A stretch of 63,935 nucleotides of DNA, the filler included, from an uncultured bacterium (GTDB taxonomy: Bacteria > Hinthialibacterota > Hinthialibacteria > Hinthialibacterales > Hinthialibacteraceae): NCBI GenBank assembly GCA_964449065.1. It is 3 parts of 3 records of this genome, joined end to end, with 100 filler letters (N's around TTAATTAATTAA, not from the genome) between each part and the next. Parts side by side here need not be neighbours in the genome. Positions count along the whole stretch, not along the records: positions 1 to 22,274 come from CAYVAZ010000040.1; 2 more parts are not named here. The stretch is one strand, 5' to 3'. Below are positions 10,697 to 19,180 of the stretch, piece after piece (the stretch's first letter is position 1; every line of letters starts with the position of its first letter). Under the pieces are notes generated by a model that saw nothing but the letters and a program-made list of their open reading frames with translations, did not search any database and was not told the origin of the DNA. A program made the position numbers and the translations under genes.

Positions 10697-10840
10697 CCTG
10701 GGCTTCACGGCCTACAAACCTGAGATGGATGCACCTCGATGGAATATAAATCAACACCACCGGACAACTTCCGGGTAAAGAGCAGCCGGTCATGGGGAGG
10801 AAAACAACTTCAACCGGCTGAATGACTGCCGTGATTCAGG
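10697..10840 (+). ncRNA. candidate structured ncRNA, family unknown
   Basis: Closing stem CCTGGG..TCACGGC / GCCGTGA.TTCAGG enclosing three hairpins; strand inferred from an extended -10-like TGTTACTGT just upstream. Confidence 0.45.
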
Positions 10841-10961
10841 ATGATCAGAACAAAGCAATCGGTCTCGAATGGTATTTTTTAGCAATCTTGATTTTGACGG
10901 CTAACCCTGAAATAATGAAACAAACAACTCTATCTTAATCCAATACATGGGGAGCGAAATT

Positions 10962-12056
10962 ATGTCCGATATACCGTCCACAATGAAAGCGCAAGTGTTT
11001 TATGAGCCAGAAAAAATGCAACTAGAGGAAAAACCCGTCCCGCAGCCGGAACCGGATGAAGTGCTGGTGAAAGTGAATACCGTCGGCATCTGCGGCTCGG
11101 ATGTTGCTTATTATTACGGCTGGAGTTCGCTGGAAACCGAAAACGGCAAAGGCCCGCTGGTGCTGGGGCACGAGTTTTCCGGCGATGTGGTTGCCGTGGG
11201 CAGCGAGGCCGAAAGCAAAGGCGGCTTTAAAGTGGGTGACCGTGTTGTGGTTGATCCGGTACAGTCCAATCCCAATTCCGTTTGGAGCAAACGCGGGTTG
11301 TCTAATCTCTGCGATGAAAAACGCGTCAAGGGCGTGAGCGAAGACGGCGGCATGGCGGAATACTGTGTTTCCAACTACAACTGGACCGTCAAGATTCCGG
11401 AAGGCGTTTCATACCAGCAAGCGGCTTCAACCGAACCTCTCGCCTGCGGATTGTATGCCATGAATAACCTCAACATTCAAGAAGGACAGTTTGTCGTCGT
11501 GTTTGGCCCCGGCCCAATCGGGTTGATGATGGTGCAGGTTGCCAAAGCGCGCGGCGCCGGAAAGGTGATGCTGGTTGGAACCCGTGACTACCGCCTGGAA
11601 ATCGGCAAGAACTTGGGGGTCGATATCATCGCCAACGTAAAGGATGAAAGCTCTCCGCATTATGTGAAAGATTTGGGCGAGTGCATTCAAAACAACAATA
11701 ACGGAGAGTTAGCCGACCGCGCGATTACCTCCACCAGTTCGCTGGATGCCATTCATTCCGCGATTGAGCATACCGGCAAACATGCAACGGTCGTGATCTT
11801 TGGTTTACCCGGCGATAAGGATGTAATTCAAGTGCCGGCGCTGCAAACCATTTTGATGGATAAAACCCTGCGCTTCTCCTGGCTGGCACCCGGCACCTGG
11901 CCGGAAGCCCTGGACTGCATCGCCACCGGCAAAGTCAAAGTCGATCCATTGCAAACGCATAAGTTCTCATTGGATCAAACCGAAGAAGGCATCGCGCAAA
12001 GCCGTGGCCGGGTGGATAACTGTATCAAAGCGTTGATTACGGTATCTGAAAACTAA
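10962..12056 (+). CDS. Zn-dependent MDR alcohol/polyol dehydrogenase
   Basis: GICGSD, LGHEFSG, GDRVVV, EPLAC, GPGPIG. Confidence 0.92.
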   Translation: MSDIPSTMKAQVFYEPEKMQLEEKPVPQPEPDEVLVKVNTVGICGSDVAYYYGWSSLETENGKGPLVLGHEFSGDVVAVGSEAESKGGFKVGDRVVVDPVQSNPNSVWSKRGLSNLCDEKRVKGVSEDGGMAEYCVSNYNWTVKIPEGVSYQQAASTEPLACGLYAMNNLNIQEGQFVVVFGPGPIGLMMVQVAKARGAGKVMLVGTRDYRLEIGKNLGVDIIANVKDESSPHYVKDLGECIQNNNNGELADRAITSTSSLDAIHSAIEHTGKHATVVIFGLPGDKDVIQVPALQTILMDKTLRFSWLAPGTWPEALDCIATGKVKVDPLQTHKFSLDQTEEGIAQSRGRVDNCIKALITVSEN

Positions 12057-12071
12057 CATCTTTTCACAAAA

Positions 12072-12099
12072 GTAGGGGCACGTTGCAACGTGCCCCTAC
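12072..12099. repeat. GTAG-type REP palindrome
   Basis: Perfect palindrome GTAGGGGCACGTTGCAACGTGCCCCTAC; variant at 59770-59797. Confidence 0.85.
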
Positions 12100-12110
12100 C
12101 CTTAGATTTA

Positions 12111-12329
12111 CTATTCCAATTGCTGTTCTTATTTGGTTTTATACTTCTCATAGAGCATGGTGTGGCGGCTGGATAGATCGATAGCGCGGTCTTGGATGTA
12201 CATGCGTTCGACATGGGTGCGGATGTCAAGCGGGTCGCCATTGGTGACGATCAGTGTTGCGTCTTTCCCCTCTTCGATGGAGCCGACCCGGTCATCCACT
12301 CCTAAAATCCGCACGGGGTAGAGTGTGAT
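12111..12329 (-). pseudogene. duplicated 3' end of the amidohydrolase gene at 13277-14575
   Basis: Near-identical to about 13277-13498; no 5' part; TAT>TAA premature stop before EQQLE. Confidence 0.9.
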
Positions 12330-12340
12330 TAAAATCCCAA

Positions 12341-12703
12341 TCACTTTCTTCTGATTCGTATCTTAGTTGGTTCTATGATGATTAAGTTTCCATCAAAATC
12401 ATGTTCCGATAGTTTTTCGATCCTTGCTAACAGTTGATGGTTGATTTCAACTGTAGGGATATCATTTGGAAAATGGGCAACAACGATTCCAGAATGATGC
12501 CCCAATGGAAAGCGGTAAATGTTGCCAAATCCCCGGTCTCCGGTAAGAATTACGGATTTGTGCTTTTTCGCGAACGCATAAATCAATTCATCTTTTAAGC
12601 CCCGAAGTCCATAATCCCGTATATCTTTCACATCATACCCCCGCTCATGCAGAACGATTCCGGTAGAGCGGGGCATATCTTCGTCTATGACAAATTTCAG
12701 CAT
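12341..12703 (-). CDS. DUF5615 PIN-like toxin
   Basis: KFVIDEDMP, GYDV, D..I...A, ILTGDRGFG, HSGIVV. Confidence 0.88.
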   Translation of the reverse strand: MLKFVIDEDMPRSTGIVLHERGYDVKDIRDYGLRGLKDELIYAFAKKHKSVILTGDRGFGNIYRFPLGHHSGIVVAHFPNDIPTVEINHQLLARIEKLSEHDFDGNLIIIEPTKIRIRRK

Positions 12704-12704
12704 G

Positions 12705-12929
12705 TTATATGACGGTCTTTATTTCTTCATTGGCTAGGCTGTTTGCCGCATAGTTGAGGGCGGCGAGAATATCCTCTTGTGTGATTTCATATTCCGCGGC
12801 TATTTCCTCGTATGTCATTCCTCCTCCCAACTTCCCTAAAATCATAGCAACCGGAACGCGGGTATCCCGGATGACAGGCTTGCCAAACCGCACATTTTCA
12901 TCAACACAGATTCTTGGAGCGATTTCCAT
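12705..12929 (-). CDS. DUF433 antitoxin
   Basis: RFGKPVIRDTRVPV, GMTYEEI, ITQEDILAALNYAA. Confidence 0.92.
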   Translation of the reverse strand: MEIAPRICVDENVRFGKPVIRDTRVPVAMILGKLGGGMTYEEIAAEYEITQEDILAALNYAANSLANEEIKTVI

Positions 12930-12948
12930 GGTGACACTCTCACTTTCC

Positions 12949-13063
12949 TAGAGCAATTCAGGTTTGAGTAGATATAGAAAGAGAAAGTTTTTGATCTCTC
13001 CTACCCACCTTAATAAGGGGGGGACAACGACAGATTCTGTCAATCCAACTCTGAAACGCTCTA
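12949..13063. mobile_element. MITE-like element with TAGAGC...GCTCTA ends (IS630/TA-target-like)
   Basis: TAGAGCAATTCAGGTTTG...CAACTCTGAAACGCTCTA; relatives at 22502 (left end), 53014-53100, 59722-59827 and 61726-61820. Confidence 0.8.
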
Positions 13064-13276
13064 ACTAATAACATACATCTTTTAAAAAAAATTTTATCAC
13101 TGCTGACGATAAACAATAGTGTTTTTTTTGATGTTATGCCACTCGTCCTATTTTCCAATATTTTTCTTCATGCCTCTGTGGCAGCCTGCTTTTTGTTGAG
13201 CATATAGCCATGTGCATTCTCAGTTGACGGAAAAGAGAAAGCATTCTTTTGCTTGTGCAAGTTCCCTATCAAAGTT

Positions 13277-14575
13277 TCACTGGGTTTGTTGTTCATACTT
13301 CGTTTTATACTTCTCATACAGCATGGTGTGGCGGCTGGTTAGATCGATAGCGCGGCCTTGGATGTACATGCGTTCGACATGGGTGCGGATGTCAAGCGGG
13401 TCGCCATTGGTGACGATCAGTGTTGCGTCTTTTCCCTCTTCGATGGAACCGACCCGGTCATCCACTCCTAAAATCCGCGCGGGGTAGAGCGTGATCGCTT
13501 TGAGCCCTTCTTCTTTCGGCAAACCATACGATACCGCTTTCGCGACTTGATAGGGAAGATTGCGCAAATTCGGTGGACGGCCGTTGTAAGCAAACGCGTA
13601 CTGCACACCCGCTTCATACAACTTTTTCGGCAGGGTAAACCCGGTATCAAACGGTTCCCAAGAGCGGAACGACAGCGAATGGGTGCTATCCACAATCACC
13701 GGGATCTCACGCTCTTTCAGCCAGTCCGCAATGCGCCAAGAATCGTTTCCGCCGACCAGAACCACCTTAAGCCCTTCCTCCAGCGCCCAACGGATGGACG
13801 TTTGCATTTCCCGCACATGGTTCGCGTGAATAAACACGGGGACTTCACCATCCAACACCGGCTTTATGGCTTCCCAGCGGCTGTCGGTTTCGTGGTCATC
13901 CGGGTTGGCCTGCCGGGCTTTCCAATAGGCGCGGGCCTGGATGAAGACGTCTTTGATTTGCTGAATGTGTTCGTCGCGGCGTTCTTTTGAGCCGGCCGCA
14001 TTGTCGCGGTCAATCCCCATATTGGGCCAATGGATGTGCAGTCCCAGTGGATGCGTTAGGGTCATATCTTCCCATGTCCAGCCGTCCAAAATCATGAGGG
14101 AAGACTGGCCGGATATGAGACCGCTTTCCGGCATCGACTCAACGATTGCTATGCCGTTGGCACGCGTGACCGGAATCAATTCGCTATCCGGATTAAACGA
14201 TACGTTGGCCCGCACGTTCGGGGTGATTTGACCCGTCTCGGCATAATCAAGCGTTGCCCGAACCGCGGAGATTTCCATCAAACCCATGATCGTGTTAAGT
14301 GCGATCAAGCCGGGGTAAACATGCTTGCCGCTGATGTCGATTGTCTCCACATCATCCGGCAGTTCGATGCTTTTGCCGATGGCGGTGATTTTGCCGTCTT
14401 CGAACAGCACCTGCGCGTCTGCGATGGTATTGCCGGAGACCGTATGGACCGTGCCGTTCATCAACACAATCGGGTTCGATTGCGGCGGGGCCGGTATTTG
14501 ATCACTCGCCCTTGCCGGGAAGGGAAGCATCAAACACGCGAACAGAATAAACGAAATACTATTGGTTGTTTTCAT
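13277..14575 (-). CDS. amidohydrolase family protein (imidazolonepropionase-like, secreted)
   Basis: VYPGLI, ITLYPARILGV..RVGSIEEGKDATL; signal peptide; the usual DxHxH metal motif is replaced by ALNT. Confidence 0.9.
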   Translation of the reverse strand: MKTTNSISFILFACLMLPFPARASDQIPAPPQSNPIVLMNGTVHTVSGNTIADAQVLFEDGKITAIGKSIELPDDVETIDISGKHVYPGLIALNTIMGLMEISAVRATLDYAETGQITPNVRANVSFNPDSELIPVTRANGIAIVESMPESGLISGQSSLMILDGWTWEDMTLTHPLGLHIHWPNMGIDRDNAAGSKERRDEHIQQIKDVFIQARAYWKARQANPDDHETDSRWEAIKPVLDGEVPVFIHANHVREMQTSIRWALEEGLKVVLVGGNDSWRIADWLKEREIPVIVDSTHSLSFRSWEPFDTGFTLPKKLYEAGVQYAFAYNGRPPNLRNLPYQVAKAVSYGLPKEEGLKAITLYPARILGVDDRVGSIEEGKDATLIVTNGDPLDIRTHVERMYIQGRAIDLTSRHTMLYEKYKTKYEQQTQ

Positions 14576-17500
14576 TGAGATTTCTCCGTAGGGTTTGCAG
14601 GGTGGATTGAAAATCGCCTAAGAAATTTTGCTCTTGATGAACTTCATCACAACCGCAGATGCCGCATTGCACTTGGTATTCTTTCTGTTCTTCAAACCAA
14701 AAGGCTTCGTCTTCCGCGCTCCACTGTTCATCTTCGGTTTTATCATCATCTTCATCATCATCTTTTTTCTTGTTCTTTTTGTCATCCAATATTTTTTGGA
14801 TTAACGCGGCGCGTTCTTCCATCACCATTTTTTGCAGTTCGGCATCTTCTTTTAAACCGAAATATTTGTGTCCTTCAATCCAGGTTTGTTCGCAGCGGGT
14901 GTAGGTAGAAAGCGGGTGTCCGCTCCAGACCACGAAATCGCCATCTTTGCCGGCTTCCAATGATCCAACGTATGGATCGATTTTTAACTGCTTGGCAGGA
15001 TTGAGCGTGACAAACTTCAACGCTTCTTCTTCGGGCACACCACCATACTTAACCGCTTTAGCGGCTTCGGTGTTCATGCGGCGTGCCAGTTCGCTGTCGT
15101 CTGAATTAAAGGATACGTTCACGCCTTGCTGGTACATCAATGCCCCGTTGTAGGGGATGGCGTCATAGACTTCAAACTTATACGCCCACCAATCGCTAAA
15201 GGCGGAACCAGCGGCACCGTGTTCCGCCATAACATCCGCGACTTTGTAGCCTTCTAAAATGTGCTGAAAGGTGCCGACTTGAAAGCCTAGCCGTTCGCCC
15301 AAACGCATGAGCATCATGATCTCATCTTGGCGGTAGGAATGGCAGTGAATCCACCGTTCAGCGTTTAAAATTTCCACCAGCGCGTCGAGTTCTAAATCGC
15401 GGCGGGGAGGGATGACACCGCGGCGGTAGGGGTGTTGGTTAAATTCATCCCAGGCCTTTTGGTAATCCTTCGCGGCCAAAAAGCGGTCCAGCATAATTTG
15501 TTCAACGCCCATACGGGTTTGGGGATAGCGTCCTGTGGGGTTGCTCCAATTGCTTTGTTTTACGTTTTCACCCAGCGCGAACTTGATCATGCCCGGACCG
15601 CGCGTTTCTTTCAAGCCTTGATAATTCTGCCCCCAGCGGTGTTTGATGATGCCGCTTTGCCCACCCATGGGATTGGCCGAACCGTGCAGCAACTGCGCTC
15701 CGGTCAAACCGCCCGCCAGTTGGCGGTAAAGGTTACTGTCGCGCGCATCGATCACATCGCCGATTCGAACTTCCGCGGTGATTGCCTGCCCGGATTCATT
15801 CACCCCTTGTTCTATCGCGGTATGTGAGTGGGGGTCGATTAGTCCTGGCGTGACGTGCTTGCCGGTGCCGTCGATGACAAAGGCTTCTTCCGGCGCTTGC
15901 AGACCGAAGCCGACATCCTTAATCTTGCCATCCACAATCAGCACATCGCCATTTTCAATGATTCCACGCTCTCCACAAGTCCATACGGTGGCGTTGCTGA
16001 TGAAGATGGTTTGAATAAGTTCCGGAAGCGATTCTCTGCCGTACGCTGCCGGGGGATACACAATCCGGCTGATAAATTCTATTTCCTCTTTATCTTCATC
16101 CTTCTGTTTATCTTCTTGTTCCAAAGCCGATTGCCATTCTCCGCTCCAAGCATACGATTTGCCTTTTGGTGATGTCGCGTATCCGCCGATACGTTCGCCG
16201 TTGATGATCCCGCTGAACTGATAGACCCCTTCGTCATTAAACCGCGAGCCGGATACCGTAAACGACAGACGGTCATGATCGAGTTCAATCCAACTCAATT
16301 CTTCTGTGGTTGAACCGATATACATTTTGCCGCTGACTTTGGGTAACTTCCCTTTGATCTCCAATTGCGTTTGATTGGATAACACGATTTCATTCGGGAG
16401 ATTTGCCTTCCACATTCCCCTCGGATCGATTGCATGCTGCTTGTTGATTTCATAGCGGCGGCCGTCAATCCAGACATCCAACACTTTGGTATCGTTTGCG
16501 AATAATTCACCATCGGTAATGATAAAGTGGCCGCGTTTGCCGATTTCCAGGGTGCCCAATTCATCCTCTACACGTAACATCTTTGCAGGAACAGTCGTTA
16601 ATGAGGCAAGCATGGCGTCTTGAGACAATCCATACTTTATAGCCTTCCGCACACGTTCCGCGAAATCGCCGGCCTTATCCAACTTAAACGTTGTCAGTGT
16701 GAATGGAATATTCTCTTCTTCCAACACCGCCGGGTTTGACGGCGCCCGTTCCCAATGGCGCAGCGCTGTGAGACGAACATCCAAGGTTTCTTCGTATGTT
16801 TTGATATGAGGGGGTTTGGGGAAATTCAAAGGGATGGGAAGGGGCGCGTTTATAGCGGCGAAGGTTTTTACATCGCGGTATTCATACCCGCTGCCCACAT
16901 ACCAAGCGTTTAAGTGAAACTCATCCGCGACCGCCTTTGCGCGCAGATAACTCTGTTCATCCCAGGTGTAAAACATCACGGGCTGTGCGGCGCTTAGCGC
17001 ATCATGCAGCGCTTCCAATGACACGTTGTGTTCCGGCTTGGGTTGATACGGGTTTTGCGCGTACCGCTGATGCGCTTGGCGGTACCACCGCGCGTCATAC
17101 ATCGCCTGCCGCACCAACGCGATGACGCCCATCAATGAATTGGGGTAGCGGTGATTGCCCCACCTTCCCTGGCGCTCAAATACGATATGCTGGGCAACCC
17201 GGTCACGAATCATTCGTTCTTTCAAAGAGATATCCGCCAGTGAGATCAACGCGCTCTGCCCACGAACGATGCCTTTATTCGGTACTACATGCGCGCTGGT
17301 AAATCCCAATTCACGAAGCGGTTTAAAATCCCCGCTGCCGTTTTCAAGGTAATCGGATAGCGTTCGTTCGGGGCGGACATGGATATTCCAATAGCGGCCT
17401 TCATCCGATTCTTCCCATTCATCTTTCACCCCGGCATGGGTATGGGTTTCCATCAATCCGGGGTAGATCGTCATCCCGTTCATATCCCACACGCGCGCGT

Positions 17501-17729
17501 CGGCGGGGATATCCACCATATCGCCGACCGCTTCAATCACGCCGTCGCGCACCACCAACGCGCCTTCTTCAATCCGTTCCCCCGGGCGCGGTACGATTCG
17601 CGCGTTCACAAAAGCGTGGATGTTTGGGGTATTATCCCGCAATCCTGCCACCGGTTGGGTTTCCGGCTGGGCGAAGGAGATCGTAGAAATTTCAACAATG
17701 AATGCAATAAGAAAGGTATTCAACTTCAT
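14559..17729 (-). CDS. double-domain amidohydrolase family protein
   Basis: Two amidohydrolase domains (PGLMETHTH; PGLIDPHSH), IKFALGEN, IHCHSYRQDE, FNSDD. Confidence 0.9.
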   Translation of the reverse strand: MKLNTFLIAFIVEISTISFAQPETQPVAGLRDNTPNIHAFVNARIVPRPGERIEEGALVVRDGVIEAVGDMVDIPADARVWDMNGMTIYPGLMETHTHAGVKDEWEESDEGRYWNIHVRPERTLSDYLENGSGDFKPLRELGFTSAHVVPNKGIVRGQSALISLADISLKERMIRDRVAQHIVFERQGRWGNHRYPNSLMGVIALVRQAMYDARWYRQAHQRYAQNPYQPKPEHNVSLEALHDALSAAQPVMFYTWDEQSYLRAKAVADEFHLNAWYVGSGYEYRDVKTFAAINAPLPIPLNFPKPPHIKTYEETLDVRLTALRHWERAPSNPAVLEEENIPFTLTTFKLDKAGDFAERVRKAIKYGLSQDAMLASLTTVPAKMLRVEDELGTLEIGKRGHFIITDGELFANDTKVLDVWIDGRRYEINKQHAIDPRGMWKANLPNEIVLSNQTQLEIKGKLPKVSGKMYIGSTTEELSWIELDHDRLSFTVSGSRFNDEGVYQFSGIINGERIGGYATSPKGKSYAWSGEWQSALEQEDKQKDEDKEEIEFISRIVYPPAAYGRESLPELIQTIFISNATVWTCGERGIIENGDVLIVDGKIKDVGFGLQAPEEAFVIDGTGKHVTPGLIDPHSHTAIEQGVNESGQAITAEVRIGDVIDARDSNLYRQLAGGLTGAQLLHGSANPMGGQSGIIKHRWGQNYQGLKETRGPGMIKFALGENVKQSNWSNPTGRYPQTRMGVEQIMLDRFLAAKDYQKAWDEFNQHPYRRGVIPPRRDLELDALVEILNAERWIHCHSYRQDEIMMLMRLGERLGFQVGTFQHILEGYKVADVMAEHGAAGSAFSDWWAYKFEVYDAIPYNGALMYQQGVNVSFNSDDSELARRMNTEAAKAVKYGGVPEEEALKFVTLNPAKQLKIDPYVGSLEAGKDGDFVVWSGHPLSTYTRCEQTWIEGHKYFGLKEDAELQKMVMEERAALIQKILDDKKNKKKDDDEDDDKTEDEQWSAEDEAFWFEEQKEYQVQCGICGCDEVHQEQNFLGDFQSTLQTLRRNLNENNQ

Positions 17730-17838
17730 GGAAATGATCCTTTAATTTGGTATGAATGGGCACAGACTTTTCGGTATTTATGATATGATATCATATAGGA
17801 ATCCAGACGAGATTCCAACACCATGAAGGAGGCGCATC

Positions 17839-18078
17839 ATGGAAAGCACAAATGAAAATATGGTTCCCGTTTTTGATATTGAAGATCAAGCGCAAGAAGC
17901 GCTGATCCGTTCGGCGTTAGAGAATTCCGGTTTGCACTACGTCATTATCGATAAAGACAATCATTTCGATTGGTCGCAAAGCGAGCCATTCCATCATTAC
18001 GCGCAGGTACGGGTGTTGGAACATGAAAAAGACCAAGCACAGCAGATCATCGCGCGAACTCTTGGCTCAAACGATTAA
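17839..18078 (+). CDS. DUF2007-like small protein
   Basis: AAGGAGG RBS; pattern LIRSALENSGL...QVRVLE...AQQII. Confidence 0.7.
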   Translation: MESTNENMVPVFDIEDQAQEALIRSALENSGLHYVIIDKDNHFDWSQSEPFHHYAQVRVLEHEKDQAQQIIARTLGSND

Positions 18079-18127
18079 AAATAATCGGCGAGCGGCTTCA
18101 TGAAGATGGGAAATGATTAAACAGTGA

Positions 18128-18940
18128 TTATGCAGTGGAAGGCAAATTCACCAGATTAAATCCGCCGTCCACTCGCAAGGTGTGGCCGTTCACCGCCCGG
18201 CATTTTTCCGGGTCCAGCAAATACACAACATGTTCCGCGATTTCTTCCACATCCAAAAAGCGGTGCTGAGATGTGCTGTCCAAAATTTCCTGGCCGCGCG
18301 GGGTGGGATTATCGTTGTCATCCAGCAGCAGTTTTTTATTTTGCCGGCCAATGGTAAAGCCAACCGCGACATTGTTCACCCGGCCGAGATTGTGTTTGGC
18401 ATAAAGAAACGCCACGCTTTGGGTGAAGTTTTCTACCGCGGCAAAAGCGGCGGAATAGTCGATCACCTTCGAAAGCGGTGTAATCCCCGACATGGACGTG
18501 ATGTTTACCACACTGCCTTGATGTCCTTTCTCACGCAGCCATTTCGCGTAGATTTGCAGGGAATAGCGTTTGGAGAAGTAGTTGTTCTTCATCAAACTAT
18601 CCGGCACGGAAGCATCCATGTTCACGAAATCCTCCAGGCTGGATACCACCGCGGCGGCTTGGTTGCCGCCCGATCCGTTCACCACGGCATCCACTTGACC
18701 AAATGCCTCGTACGCTTGCTGATAGACATCCGCGATATTCGCATACTGAGACAAATCGGCATGTGGGGTAATCATATTATCCGATGAAATGCCGGTTTTT
18801 TCTTTCAGTTCCTGTGACAATTTATCGCACGAGTCATCCCAACTGACAAGCACCAACCGGCAGCCTTCTTGCGCGAATCGTATGGCATAGCCTTTCGCAA
18901 TCGCCCCGGTTCCAAATAGCATTACAGTTCGTTGTGTCAT
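18128..18940 (-). CDS. SDR oxidoreductase (mannonate/fructuronate reductase-like)
   Basis: VDAVVNGSGGN, GSVVNITSMS..PL, RVNNVAVGF...QN, VDGGF. Confidence 0.85.
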   Translation of the reverse strand: MTQRTVMLFGTGAIAKGYAIRFAQEGCRLVLVSWDDSCDKLSQELKEKTGISSDNMITPHADLSQYANIADVYQQAYEAFGQVDAVVNGSGGNQAAAVVSSLEDFVNMDASVPDSLMKNNYFSKRYSLQIYAKWLREKGHQGSVVNITSMSGITPLSKVIDYSAAFAAVENFTQSVAFLYAKHNLGRVNNVAVGFTIGRQNKKLLLDDNDNPTPRGQEILDSTSQHRFLDVEEIAEHVVYLLDPEKCRAVNGHTLRVDGGFNLVNLPSTA

Positions 18941-19180
18941 CCGTTATCCCTATCGTGGTTTTGATTTTTAAAGAATACCATACTCTTACAAAATATGAAA
19001 TACAACGCCGCTGTATTGGGGGATTGATTTGTCCTGGAAAATTCACTTCAAAACCGTTCATCAAACCCTAACGGTGTTTTAACAAATATATTATTCATCA
19101 AAACCTTCCATTTTTCCGCAAGAAACGGTTTGATATAAATTTAAATCACCTGAACCGTTTATCCGTAACAAGGAGCCGTT

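Noticed and set aside
13065..13160. Possible PemK-like toxin remnant (DEWHNIKK...KIFFK on the minus strand)
   Set aside because: Too short and frameshifted to support without a search.
12111..13498. Diversity-generating retroelement TR/VR pair
   Set aside because: Mismatches are not adenine-specific and no reverse transcriptase is in the window.
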